Below, in pieces: positions 25,412 to 39,624 of a stretch of DNA of 64,000 nt. The stretch lies in NCBI RefSeq assembly GCF_006345805.1, contig NC_043007.1:496001-560000 (forward strand), given 5' to 3'. Both the position numbers and the translations under genes were made by a program. Below the pieces are notes generated by a model that saw nothing but the letters and a program-made list of their open reading frames with translations, made no database searches and had not been told where the DNA came from. Position 1 is the stretch's first letter. Each line of letters starts with the position of its first letter. This DNA comes from Octopus sinensis. Lineage: Eukaryota.

Positions 25412-25975
25412 CAAGGAAACTTATGTCGACATCAAAATGCACAAAAAAACCTTTAGCTGACCGCTCTCAAGGAGCCCATGGCGATAATGAGTGTCTCTTT
25501 ATAATGAGTGACGTCAGAGTGGCTGAATGTAGAAGAATCTAGAAGTTTCTAAAGGTTCAAGAGTTCAAACGAAGTAGGAGGAGGGAGGCATAAGAATAGT
25601 AAGGTGAGAGAGTGCAGGTCAAAATAATGGTGGGTTTAAATGATTTCTTTTGTGAATGAGTACCTGTGTCTGTGACTGTATATAACTGTCTTAATGTGTG
25701 TGTGTGTGTGTCTGAATGCGTGATTGTGTTTGTGGATGGGTAGAAGTCAGAAAACTGACAGCAGTGAGTTGAAAGGTCTGTATCTGTGTGTTCGATTATG
25801 CTTACTGTAGGGAAAGGAAAGTAGATAGCGAAAGGGAGAAAGAATCGAGCGAGGTGAGAGGCAACGCAAGAATGGATAGTAGTAATTGGGAATATAAGAA
25901 AATCTTTTTTGACTATTGGGGTGAAATATAGCAAAAGAATTTTTTTGGAATTCGAGGGGTTATCTATATTAGTCA

Positions 25976-26912
25976 CTATTTATATGAATGAAAGGTGTGT
26001 CTTTTCCAGTGTAAGCACCTGTAGGATCTTTCGACGATTGTATTTATTAAAGGGCCTTTGGCGAACAAAATATGAAAAAGTTCGGAATTACAGATGCCAC
26101 AAAATTTTTCTGCCTTTATCAAACAGGAAGGTCACCGACAAAATGGACCATTCGAGCTTGAACGTAGTATTATTGTTCTTCAGACGCTAGACTAATTTGC
26201 TTAGCCCCGTGCTGTGTTGCTTTCTCTTATCTCTGAAAGTGGAATAATGGTTGGAGACTCTTTGGGCTAATTTAGAAGAGGTTGCGCCAATATAGAAGTA
26301 GACATCGGTTCCAGAAGAGATTTTGCATTGGTAAGTGGTGTTTCTAATTTTGGAATTTTTGGATAAGAACTTTAATCTGTTGGGGTTGGTTTCCGATACT
26401 AAGACAGAGTTTTTATGTTGTGATAGGTGTAAAAATTGTTGCTGGCTTTGGCCACGATACTATTCATCTTATTATCATTACTATTAGTTATAATATCGTC
26501 GGCAAATTCCCTGGCTATAGGAATGCTGCGATTGTTATCATCAATAATATAACTGTTATTAAGAATGCTGGTACTATTACCACTAACACCACCACTGTTA
26601 ATAATCTGGCTAATGTTATTATCATTATTACTATTGCTAACGCTAATGCTGCTATGAATGTTGCTAATATCCATACTACTTCTATTATTATTATTATTAT
26701 TATTATTGTATGTTACGTTGGAATGGGTAAGGGCGGTGTCGCTACTCATAGGTGGAGAGACCCTATTTAGCAGCTTATTATTGTGGGAAGCTATTATCTG
26801 CGAAAGATTTTTAGTATTTGAGAATGCTATTCTTAATTTATGCGAATTTATAGTGGAGTAGTATCTAGAATTCCTAGGAAAATTCTTAGTAACGGCTTCA
26901 CGGAATTGTAAC
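25976..26912 (-). pseudogene. PLE RT-thumb/linker and GIY-YIG endonuclease, disrupted
   Basis: FREAVTKNFPRNSRYYSTINSHKLRIAFSNTKNLSQIIASHNNKLL, then TTYQCKI..DVYFYIGATSSKLAQRVSNHYSTF..STGLSKLV*RLK..LEWSIL, then (frameshift) KFCGICNSELFHI..LINTIVERSYRCLHWKRH; stop at 25976-25978. Confidence 0.8.
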
Positions 26913-27856
26913 GTATGTATGTATGTATGTATGTATGTATGTATGTATGTATGTATGTATGTATGTATGTATGCTCCAGTTTTGAAAGGACACCGATTCA
27001 TTTGTCTGCTCTGAAATCATATACAGAGAAGAATCATGTCGAAGAACGACCCCTCATTCATACAACAGCATAAGTAAGCGATGCCGTGCCAAATAACTTC
27101 AATTAAGAAAGAAAATATACAGGAACCATTTTGTCCTACACCAACAGCTCCATTTTAATATGTATTTTTTATACAGCCAATGGTCGGTGAACTAAAATGT
27201 TCTGATCTTGGTCAAATACTGGTAAATTCTCTCTTTGCTAAACTGGCTTTTGTTTGTAATGTAATGTCGTTAATGAACTTATATTTCCATCGTACTGAAA
27301 AGCCTGAACAAAAATCAGAAGATCGACATCTATGTAATGGCAATTAGAAATGTAAAGTTGAAATGGGAAAAGAAAAGTTTTAATATAATGAATATATAAA
27401 TATTAAAAGATGCAATTAATTTCAGTTCAATCCTGCAATATCACGATCGAAAAAATGGAACCCATTCGTAGCAACAAGGTTTCTCTCAATTGTAATGAAA
27501 AATAAAACAAACGCTGAAAATCTAATCATACATACATACATACATACATACATACATACATACATGAGTACTCACACATACATAGATACATACATACTCA
27601 CACAAACATAGATACATACTCACAGGTACATACGTACATACTGACATATACATGCATACATAAATAAATACATACATACACATATTCATATATACATATA
27701 CAGATATAGGTGCGTACGTATAAAAGCGCCTGCATACGCATGAATAACTGTATATGCATGTGTAAGTATGTATATATTTCTCTACGTGTATATATATATA
27801 TATATATATATGCACTTACACAAACACAAACACACACACATATATGCCTTTGTCTG

Positions 27857-27917
<61 letters not shown>

Positions 27918-28239
27918 TTGCATATAAATTTATGGAGGAATATACAGGCTCTTACAATCTTATACACAAGCAAACATACATACTAGCGCATATACATAAA
28001 TCTACACATCGCATAAATATACACCGGCACAATTCACGACTTTCCGGCTATCTCTACGTTGCACTTCATTTGATTCTCGTTCTTTCTTCTTTCTTCACTT
28101 CCCCACATTTATGACCCGTCTTTTAAACTAAAAATAACACTTTCCAACTATGATCATACGTTATATATTTATCCAATCGAACTAACTGTCAGCTATAGAG
28201 GTAATAAATCTCGCGCGAACGTGTGAGAAATACATACAG

Positions 28240-28291
<52 letters not shown>

Positions 28292-28306
28292 TATATATAT
28301 ATATAT

Positions 28307-28338
<32 letters not shown>

Positions 28339-28402
28339 TATAGATACATACATATACATCCATATATATAATATATATATATATATCTCTCTCTTCTCTC
28401 TC

Positions 28403-28450
<48 letters not shown>

Positions 28451-28682
28451 GTATGGGCGAGTGTGTGTGCGGTGTTTATAAAAAGTGGAGTTTCGTGTTA
28501 CCGATTATTGGAACGACTGAATATGTCGTCTATAATCACCAGTGTAAAACTTGAGTTCATGAGTGAAGAAGCTTCAGCTTTCTATAAAATATACACGTTT
28601 TGTATACTTTTCGTAACTTTATAAATACAATGCTTATGAAATCAAACACGCACACACTCACAAATATAGATACAGATAGATA

Positions 28683-29249
28683 TTGGGTTGTCCGGAAAGT
28701 TCGTGCCGATTTATAGCAGCTTACCTTTCGACTTATTTTAGAACATGGTTGAATCAATAAAATATGATTTGACTATACCGCCATTTAGAGCACAGTTTAA
28801 GCTATCTTTTCGTGGAAGAAGGCTTATGTTTCTATAACCTGTGTTAATTCTGTAACCCTTTAAATTGGAAGATAAGAAAGTTCATTTTCAGCACTTGATG
28901 CTTTGGGAACCAGACAAACATTGCTGCAGCTCGGCTGGGATGTGTTACTCCACCCTCCATATTCACCAGATATTGCTCCTTCGGATTTCCACTTATTCAG
29001 GTCTCTGGAGGATAGTCTTAATGGTAAAAATTTCAATTCCTTGGATGACGTAAAAAGATACCGTGATGAATTCTTTGCCATGAAACCCCCTCAATTCTGG
29101 GAAGAGGGTATTTTCAAGTTAAAGGAAAGATAGAGACACATTGTGCAACAAAATGGTTCATATTTGGTTGATTAAAAATGTAAATGGAAAGTATTTATTG
29201 ACCTTTTTCTTTCCTTTAAAAATCGGCACGAACTTTCCAGACAACCGAA
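28683..29249 (+). mobile_element. Mariner non-autonomous deletion derivative (567 bp)
   Basis: 30-bp TIRs TTGGGTTGTCCGGAAAGTTCGTGCCGATTT (2 mismatches), TA flanks, N-terminal (M)EDKKVHFQHLMLWE fused to C-terminal GTRQTLLQLGWDVLLHPPYSPDIAPSDFHLFRSL. Confidence 0.93.
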
Positions 29250-29258
29250 TAGATAGAT

Positions 29259-29316
<58 letters not shown>

Positions 29317-30080
29317 CGTGTACATTTGTGCGAATATTTATTTACATACGCACACACACATACACACACGTATTTATCATTGTGTATAAGCTTCAGTTTG
29401 AGGCTGTGAATCTACATTATCGCTATAGCTTGTATATTTTAGACTCATTCCACGATTCTCACTCCAAAATCTATCCAGGAATGAGTTGGACAGAGCTGTC
29501 TTTGTCTTTTGCATTTCTTCCAAAATTAGGAAACGAAATGCTGAAGTAACTTCAAACTTCTAATTGTCTAAAATAAGTAATTTCTCACATAATGGATCTG
29601 CTCGTCATATTCTAAAAAAGGGGTCGTATACTGAAAACTAAAACAAAACAATCAGCAGTCTAAGAACGATATAAATTCATTGACATGAACCACTTCCATG
29701 CTTTTGTGTATTTCACATATGTATGAGGGAAAACAGAAAGGCATCAGGCCTTCCTTGGGTGGTAATTCCTGAATAGATCTCGTGTCTACGTATGGAAACT
29801 TAAAAGATAATGGCCGACGCATTTTCTAACATATGTTTAGTAACTAACCAAATTCTAAATAAATATTTCGGCGCCCTTAAATGTTTTCTTACATGAAGTC
29901 ATGTTGTTTCCTTTCTTTCCCTCGTATGCAAAACTGACAATGTGAAACTGAGAGTTACAATTGAAGAAGCTTCAACTTCATATATATATATATATATAAT
30001 ATATATATATATGTAGGTCCCGGGTTGAGTCGGGGTTAACCACAGTAAATAAGGTACTCAACATAGCAGAGTAAATTAAT

Positions 30081-30303
30081 TTATTTTATAGAGGAGCTTC
30101 TACAGGACTAGAACTGTTTCATTCAATGAAATCTTCAGGAAGCTTTTCGTGGAAGAAGGCTTATGTTCCTATAACCTGTGTTAATTCTGTAACCCTTTAA
30201 ACTGGAAGATAAGAAAGTTCATTTTCGGCACTTGATGCTTTGGGAACCAGAAGATTTCATTTGAATGAAACAGTTCTAGTCCTGTAGAAGCTCCTTCTAT
30301 AAA

Positions 30304-30307
<4 letters not shown>
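30081..30307. repeat. Inverted repeat (56/58-bp arms) enclosing a mariner MITE fragment
   Basis: 30081-30136 is the reverse complement of 30250-30307 apart from two 1-nt indels; the spacer matches about 28799-28913. Confidence 0.9.
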
Positions 30308-30360
<53 letters not shown>

Positions 30361-30626
30361 TATATATTATATATGATATATATATATACATACATATAAA
30401 GAGAGAGAGAGAGAGAGAGAGGGGGGGGGATACGCTCACAGACATCTGCACCGCTCGGTGCTCCTGAACCAGTGTTCCACCCGTGAGGCATGGGTGGTAG
30501 ATGTGTCGAAACAATTGTCTTCATTAATAATGAACATTCTGGTATATTCCATTTGACTTTCATTTACCATATTTATGTATGTATGTATATATGTATGTAT
30601 GTATATATATATATATTATATGTATG

Positions 30627-30662
<36 letters not shown>

Positions 30663-31783
30663 ATAATCCTCATAATTATTATTGTTGATATACACATATA
30701 TATGTATGTATATATATGTGTGTATATATATATATGAATATACACATATTTATTATGTACATATACACGAACACACACGCACACACATACTCGCACACAT
30801 ACCTTGTTTCTCATACGTATGTACATCACGCACGCACAGCATCTAACAAGATATTGGTGACGTATTTCTAATCCTACATATGGAAAACAAAACATTGAAC
30901 CGCTCATTAGTTTATTATAACATACTATATGACGTTACCATTATTGTGCAGTGGGACTCCTAGCCATTGTCTTGCTTAATAAATGCTGTCAACTTAAATC
31001 TATTACGCATTCATAAATGTTTAGTTACATTCGACTAAGCATAAAAGCGCCATTCATTATTTGTAGTGAAATATGAAGTTTTGAAACCTGATGCAATCCG
31101 TGCAGTCATTAACCGAGCATGTGAAGGAAAATTAGTTTCGCTTGGTGATTGAACAAACCTGACTCGCGTCGCGCATGACTTGTTGGGGAATAGTTTTTCC
31201 TTTCCTTTTCTTCTTTTATTTCTGCTCTATTGTTCACCGTAACGAAGGAGTCTCTGGACGAGTCCACGAGAAGAAAAAAAGTTCCTCTGTGCGTTTGTTA
31301 CGCTAACAAGAAATACCAGGCAAGTCTCTCTCAAATTCGATGGATATATCGATGAGTAGGAGGGGGAAAAGCCTCGTTAGAGGGTTTGAAACCTCATCTT
31401 ATTGTATTAATTGTAGTAGTTTATAACCTCACTTGTGTATTTAAAAAAAAAGACATGTTAAGGAAGAGGATTTAGTGCCTCCTTCTTGTAAGAGGCTTTG
31501 AAACCTCATATTGATTTTTTTAAAAAAAGAAAATATGTTTTCGAGAAAAATCCAATCGGTGGGTGTTGGGTTTCGTCTCTCATTTATTCATTTTATTTCA
31601 TTTTCATTCATTAATGTGGTTGTCCAGCCCGCAAAGCTACACAATCTTTGTACTGTCTATATGACAAATTTTATGGAATAAAGTACCCCTCAAATATTAA
31701 TCTACACTCTTATTGGTGGTAAAATGACATTAGAAGATCGAGTCCTAGGTAACACAATCATGAAAACAACAGCTGAATATATT

Positions 31784-31960
31784 AGGCGCAGGAGTGGCTG
31801 TGTGGTAACAAGCTTGTTTCTCAACTATATGATTCCGGGTTCCGTGCAACTGCATGCACTTTGGGCGTCTTTTACTATAGCCTAAAGCCGACCAAAACCT
31901 TGTGAGTGGATTCGGTGGACAGAAACTGAAAGAAGCCCGTCGAATAAATATATATGTGTG

Positions 31961-31995
<35 letters not shown>

Positions 31996-32233
31996 GTGTC
32001 TGTGTGCATTTATGTGTGCGTCTTCTTTCGTGTTTGTCCCTCCACCATCGCTTAACAACCGATGTTGGTGTGTTGACGTCCCCGTAAACACACCAACATC
32101 TTTTGCGGTTCAGCAAGAGGGACCGTTACAATAAGTACCAGGCTTACAAAGAATAAGTCCAGGGGTCGATTTGTTCGACTAAAAAGCGGTGCTCCCGCAT
32201 GGCCGCAGTCAAACGACTGAAACAAATGAAAGA
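31784..32233 (+). mobile_element. SINE group B, full length
   Basis: Same head, internal (TA)(TG)n and tail as 20091-20530. Confidence 0.87.
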
Positions 32234-32574
32234 ATATATATATATAAAATCAATATATATGTGTGTGTGTGTGTGTGCGTGTGCGTGCGTGTGTGTGTGT
32301 GCGTGTGTGTATGTGTGTGTATGCTCATAGCTGACCTGGTTACGGCTACATGTATGGATTTAGGTGAATGTCATTGGAATTAAAATTGTCATAAACAATA
32401 AGAATTGGAAGATATTGTTTTTTCTTCCATTTTTGTCACTTTTCAATTTTCCCATCCGTAGGGTAATACTGATCGAACCAATGTCTTGAAGAACTTCACA
32501 TTCATTTTACAGCCTGTACCTTTGCATCTCCCTGCCTTTGTTAGATTCTAGAATGCGCTCTAGGTTTTGTATAT

Positions 32575-32995
32575 TCTGTTCTAAAACATTGGATAGCTTC
32601 CAATTCACATGTTTAAGGAGAATACGCCTCTAGAACTGACTGCAAAAAGGTCTGAGAATACACAAGTGATACAACTGGCATCCACAGGATCGGTGACAAT
32701 ATAAGAGGCCGACAGAGGAACTGGATGGGACATTTTCACAGAGAATACCAAGGAAACGCTTGTATAGTGACACTAAAGTGAAAGCCTGATGGGAAAAGAG
32801 TAGCAGGACGCCCGAAGACCAGATGGAAAAAGAACCATTGACAAGGAAAGAAGACGAAAATATTTCAGAAACAGGAATGACCCCAGACCAGTTGCAGCAA
32901 ACAGTGTCGGCTGTAGGGTTCATGTGGGAGACTTATGGGCTTCATGGCACTGAGAGAACTACTGAACTACCAAAGTAACCAACTAACTAACTAAA
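32575..32995 (+). mobile_element. RTE-clade LINE 3' fragment, degenerate
   Basis: SKTLDSFQFTCLRRI..., RQRNWMGH..., *KPDGKRVAGRPKTRW and an (AACT)n tail. Confidence 0.6.
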
Positions 32996-32999
32996 AATA

Positions 33000-33230
33000 A
33001 AAATAATTCTCACGATAAATATTTTGCATATAGGAATGAGGAATTTCTTTTAATTAACATATATATACATCTAATTTAGGATAACATTTTTCGAAAAAAA
33101 CTTTATCAATGGCCAGCATATTAAAAATACCTTTAAAGGTTATTTTATAAACAACTTATAAATAAGTGCAAACGAAAAATTTCTAATGCAAATATGCCGA
33201 AACTATACACACATTGATTCCATAATTGTT
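33000..33230 (-). repeat. Arm of an AT-rich foldback/MITE family
   Basis: Reverse complement aligns by eye to 52680-52860 (GGCATATT..AAAGGTATTTT..ATATGCTGGCCA.TGATAAA). Confidence 0.55.
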
Positions 33231-33970
33231 ATCACACACACACCAGTTACTAGTTTTATCATAGATATATATATATATATATATATATAATAATATACAT
33301 ATATATTATATACAACAGAAGTTTCGGCAACAGAAATTAATATCTCTTCAACAGGGGATCGAAACTTATCGCGGACGACATCGACCGGCTGCTAATCTTT
33401 TAACAGAAATTAAAAACTGCTTTTGTTTTATACTTCTTCTTTTGTCTCATCGTTGACATAAATACCACGAATAAGTAGGAACGAAAGAGTCGATTATATT
33501 GACAACAGACCGCAAATGATGTTTATTTTATCGAACCGTGAACAATTGCATGAGGACACATGGCAACGTGAATAACAATCGTGCTGAATTACAGCAAAGT
33601 TTCGACTCCGAAGTTAAACCAGCAGTATAAATATATAGTTCAATACATAATACATACATACAAAATATAACATACATACATATATCCCTATACATATACA
33701 TACAATATATATATACATATACATAAAACTAGATAATATACATATATATATACTACATATATATATATATATATATACATAATTATATTCATATATATAA
33801 GTACTTACATACATACATACATATTATATATATAAGTACTTACATACATACAACTATCTATAACATATTACATATATATTAATATATGTAATATAGTTAT
33901 GTATATACGTATGTATATAATATGTATACGAATTATGTTACGTATTATATATACATTATATATTATATCT

Positions 33971-34008
<38 letters not shown>

Positions 34009-34558
34009 GATATGAGATAGATATAGATATATCATAAAATGTTGTGTCATCTCTCATCACTGCCAGAAATTAATTGAGGATACCTTGTTATAACTTTGAG
34101 ATTTATTAAAGTTTAATAGAATAAATGAGAGTGTGTCTGAGTGGCTGTGTTTGTCCATGTCTTCGAATTAAAAAAACCAAGACAGAAGAGAATAAGAGAA
34201 TCGCAAGGTTGTAGCAATTGTCATCAAGGACTGTTTACTTGCTGTCTGCAATAATTTGCTTTCTCAATATTGTACAAAAAACAAACAAAAGAAAAATCTG
34301 CTAAAGCAATGATTTCTTGCAAAAACAGTTATACATAACAAATCAAAAACTTTATTCGCAAACAAATACACGCACACACGAGTGCAAACAGGACAATAAG
34401 AGTGTCTATGTTCACCTGCACGCACGTATAATAATTTCCGATGTGTATATGAATATATTTTGTGTAACGCAGTAGGAGGCCATCAAACTACAATTAGAGA
34501 GTGAGTAGCTATGTGGCAGAAGTAAGAGGAGGGGGGCATCGATAATTCGCTTTCTATC

Positions 34559-34608
<50 letters not shown>

Positions 34609-34740
34609 TCACCCTCTCTGTCCTTTTAAAAATGTGTGTGTTTGATTGCGTGTGCTTGTGTACATGTATGTGTGTGAACACACACGCACATCTATCCATC
34701 TCTCCCCACCTCTCTCTATCTATCTATCTGTCTATCTGTC

Positions 34741-34772
<32 letters not shown>

Positions 34773-34775
<3 letters not shown>

Positions 34776-35100
34776 TTACTTCTTTCAGTAATTTAACTGC
34801 GGCCATGCTGAAGCACTGTCTTTAATCGAGCAAATAGACCACAGGACTTATTCTTTATAAGCCTAGTAATTATTCTATCGCTTTTTTGCGAAACCGCTAA
34901 GTTACGGGGACTTAAATACATTAGCATCATTTGTCAAGTGATCGTGGCGGGCTTCTTTCAGTTTCCTTCTACCAAATCACTCACAAGGCTTTAGTCGGCT
35001 CGAGGCTGTAGTAGAAGTTACTTGCGCAAGGTGCCACGCAGTGGTACTGAACCCGGAACCATGAGTTTGGGAAGCAAGTTTTTTACCACACAGCCACTCC
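34773..35100 (-). mobile_element. SINE group B with an internal deletion removing the microsatellite
   Basis: Tail and head both present; junction GTCAAGTGATCGTGG|CGGGCTTCTTTCAG. Confidence 0.8.
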
Positions 35101-36624
35101 TATATATGCTCACACATACGGGTACTTCTATTAATAAACTTATATGCTTATACGCACGTGTATAATGTGCGAATATGTGCGGAAATATGCATGTGCACTC
35201 GCGCGCGCGTGTGGATATATGTGTGTATGTTTGTTTGTTTGTTTGTTTGTGTGTGTGTTGTGTGTGTGTGTGGTGTGTGTGTGTTCTTGGATGTATATCA
35301 CAAGTGTATCTCTGAAGCTGGTACGATATTTTTATTGGTTTCTATTCCTTATGATGCTGAAATCACACACACAAACACACACATACACATACACTTACAC
35401 ACACATACAAACACACACGCACGCACACGCGCACACACAAACAAACATTTACCCATGCAAACACATTCCCTTTTTCACTCGTTCACAGTTTCTTTCCCTC
35501 TTTCTCTCTCTCTTTCTCCCTCTCTCTCTCTCTCTCATCTCTCTTTCAGAAGTTCCTTATTCACAGAGAAAGGATAAGGAAAGCAACGTTCAGATGGAAA
35601 TGTGTGTGTACGTGTGTATGTCTGAGTGTGTGTCGAGAAAACTTTGGCAGGCAGAGAGGGAGAGTTGAATACGAAACGTTCCACTCGAGAATAGGAAATT
35701 CAGAGATTAATCAATAGAAAGTCTATCACAATATTACAATATGTAAATATCTCTATTAAAAAAAGAATAACATAAATTTCTGTATTTCAGACTATTTCAT
35801 TATCATTTTAATATATTTAATACAATAAACCTGCTTACCGTCATTATTGACTGCACAAGAAGTCTAGAATATATATATGTATATATATATATATATATAT
35901 CTATATATATATATGTGTTGTGTGTGTGTGTGTGTGTGTGTGTGTAATGTATATATAAGTGCATATGTATATATGTATATATAATGTGTGTTATATATAT
36001 ACATATCTATATATTATTATATATATATATATACATCTATATGTATATATAATATATACATATATTGTATATATATGATATATATATATAATCCATATAT
36101 ATATCCTACGTATATGGCGTCATTTATATAAATATATGTATATATATGCATATGTAATATATATATATCTATATATATCACATAGACATATATTACATGT
36201 ACATATATACATATATACAATGTGTGAGTGTTTCGTATGTGTGTGTGTGTATCTATGTAAGTATGTGTATTTGAATGAGATGAATTTTTAGTATGCGTAT
36301 AGCGGCGTTGAAAGATTGATATTCTGTCTATTCCAAGAGCCAGCCTTCTCTATCTACATTTGTTTGTAAACTGTAGAACGGTACTATGCAATTTATGTCA
36401 TTCTCTACTAGTGCAGACGTGTAAAGTAATTTATTATACACTTAAATAAATCATTGTTGCATGATGGTGGCAGCGAAACAGCCATCATCTAATGGATATC
36501 AACTGGGGAAATATATATTTTCATCTCTTACATACTGACCATTTTTATATTTTATATTCTTTCTCTCTGTCTGTGTGTCTCTCTGTCTTTCTTTCTCTCT
36601 ATCTCACTATAGATAGTTAGTTGG

Positions 36625-36671
<47 letters not shown>

Positions 36672-36740
36672 TATATATATATATATATATATTATATTAT
36701 ATATATATTAATTATTATTATTATTATTATTATTAGTTAT

Positions 36741-37021
36741 GCGCCTTTTTCAAGCCTAGCCAGGCTCATGGGCCCGGTTTCCCGGTTTCTGTGGCGTATG
36801 TGTTCCCCATAGCTGGACGGGACGCTAATCCATCGCAGCATTACTCAAGAAACAGGAAGAAAGAGTGGGGCGAAAGAGTGTAACAGGGGTCGCCCCCACC
36901 TCTCGTGGGGCTTTTAGGTGTCTTCGCTCAATAAACGCACACAACTCCCGGTCTGGGAATCGAAACTGTGAACCTCCGACCGCGCGTCCCGTGCCCTAAC
37001 CACTTGGCCATTGCACTTCCA
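36741..37021 (-). mobile_element. tRNA-headed SINE group C
   Basis: Head GGAAGTGCAATGGCCAAGTGGTTAGGGCAC...GTTTCGATTCCCAGACCGG; tail with CCGGGAAACCGGGCCCATGAGCCTGGC. Confidence 0.78.
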
Positions 37022-37069
37022 CACACACACACACACCACACACACCCACACACACACAACCACACAGAC

Positions 37070-37104
<35 letters not shown>

Positions 37105-37223
37105 TAATATATATATATCAAAATTAGCAACAAGAATCACCCCATGGATTTATATGGATAACAACATACAAAATACTGGTGCATCTAACTTAATACCATA
37201 TTCATTTGAATCTAAATTTGCTG

Positions 37224-37289
<66 letters not shown>

Positions 37290-39235
37290 ATATATATATA
37301 TAGATAGATAGATAGATATATAGATAGAAGATGTAGATAGATAGATAGATAGATAAATAGATAAATACTAAGGATTGGTGCAGTGATTTGAGTGATAGGC
37401 TTGTTATCTATAGGGCATGTGTTGGTTTCTCGGAGCAGATGGTGGTATTATGTGCCGGACAAAGGTACTTCAATTTATATTGGTTCAGTCTACTCACCTT
37501 CAAGTGAGTACCAGGTGTGGGTGAATAACTTGCAGTGTACTGAAGTCTCGTTCGGGGTCTCCCTTGTACTTTCAGTATCTGAAATGCTGTGTAAAATGGA
37601 ACAAGCTCTGACCGTTGGAATCTGTGGCCTAGAGATAGACTTTAAACATAACACAGACACACAGATAAGCGCATAAGCAAACAAATATACACACATACGC
37701 ATGCACATGTATACAGACACAAGTCCGGAGTTACCTTCGAGTTACTGGCATAATTACATTCTTGCATCCAGGAATTTGGACATATCTATTATCATATATG
37801 TTGAAACAGAAGATATGATGGCGGCGGAGTGTAAAGTGATGAGCGGTAGCAACATTGAATTTTTGATATGTTCGAAACAGATGTAGTTAAAAATGACATA
37901 ATATCCTTTCAATTCAAAATTGGTTCTGTTAGTTTGTTCATTATTTACGGAGAATGGTTTCTGATACGATAATTCTGAACCAAACATAAATTGTATCGTT
38001 TCCAGTTATTATTTAATGAGGGGGCCCTGTCAAAGTTGCGCTATGCAATGACGATAGATTTACTCTTATCATTATTCTTGACAAATATGCATGGATAATG
38101 ATGTGCTATTATCTTGCGATGTTTAGAAGGGGTGATATACTGGTATCTACTTATCTTCTGTCTCTGTATTAAGATTGTGTATCTATCTGCACTTAACTCT
38201 TTACCTCTCGTTCACTCTCCCTCTTTCCATGTATATATATATATATGTGTGTGTGTATACATGTATATATATATGTATATATGTATATTCATGTGGGTAC
38301 ATATATGTGTATATATATGTATGTTATATATATATATATATATAAATAAATATATATGTATGTATATATGTACATATATGTATATATGTATATGTATATA
38401 TGTATATTTATGTGTGTACATACATGTATGTATATATATGTGTGTGTGTGTGTGTTTGTATATATATATATATATATACATACATATATATACATATATA
38501 TATATATATTGGAAGGTTTGGTATTATATATTAGAAGAAATGAGGTAATCAGAAGATCGGATGGTTTATATATATAATATATATATGTGTGTGTGTGTGT
38601 GTGTGTTGTGAGTGTGTGTGTGTGTGCATATGCGTATGCATATATATATACATATACACATATGCACACACACACACACATCCATATTGATCCATGTGTG
38701 TGTTCGTGCATGCGCGTATCTTCACGTGTGCATGTGATAATATATGTTTGTTGTTTATTTTTCCTCTTTCGACGTCACGCTCAGAAAGAAATAAAAAATA
38801 AATATTAATACATATGACAAGAATTTAGGTTATATCAATCAAAAGATATCACAAGATTTGATTAGAGAAAACCTACATTATAACCACATCGCATTTCTGT
38901 ATTCATTCAACATACTGATCTTTCCTTTTAACCAAAGAATCAGATCGTATTTTAAACAAATAGATAAATATGATATTGATTTCTGTTGAGGAGGCACTAG
39001 GTCAAATTTTATTGGGGGAATATAGTATATTCAATGAAATCTATTACACTTTATTAATGGTAATTTTGCGAACAAACGGGGTCGCTTCTAAGCGGTCGAT
39101 TGACCAACTAGATATAGCAGCCAATTGGCATAGGTTTTATGATATTGTGTTTAAAATTTCATTGGACAATATAATGTATGTGTTTGCTTGGAAATTAAAG
39201 ATGAAGTGTGCATAACTGGAATACCTTTTACAGTT

Positions 39236-39533
39236 CCTTCCCTCTCGAGTCATGCCTGGCTCATAAGGGCCGGTTTCCCGGTTTCCTTGGCGTATAGGTT
39301 CTTCACCTGGACGGGACACCGGTCCGTCGCAGGTGAGCTGCAAGATGCAGGAGGAAAGAGTGAGAGAAAGTTGTGGCGAAAGAGTCAGCAGAAGTTCGCC
39401 ATTACCTTCTGCCAGAGCTGTGTGGAGCTTAAGTGTTTCGCTCATAAACACACACATCACCCGGTCTGAGATTCGAACCCGCGATCCCTCGACCGCGAGT
39501 CCGCTGCACTAACCACAAGGCCATGTGCCTACA
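39236..39533 (-). mobile_element. tRNA-headed SINE group C
   Basis: Head ..ATGGCCTTGTGGTTAGTGCAGCGGACTCGCGG..GGGTTCGAATCTC; tail as 36741. Confidence 0.8.
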
Positions 39534-39624
39534 CATAGCCTTTTACAGTATGTTGGAACTGTGCTGAGCCGAGGCAAGATAGCAGCAACAAAAATTACGA
39601 CAGCAAAATTAATAATCCTTTTTA

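Larger units (their letters stand above)
25275..26912 (-). mobile_element. Penelope-like retroelement, 5'-truncated (RT thumb, GIY-YIG, 3' UTR with hammerhead)
   Basis: Protein motifs as in the next feature; about 700-bp 3' UTR ending in hammerhead plus AATAAA. A Naiad-like assignment is inference from the motif style. Confidence 0.82.

Noticed and set aside
25976-26912. Selenoprotein-type (UGA/SECIS) PLE
   Set aside because: The in-frame stops seen are TAG, not TGA, and no SECIS was recognised.
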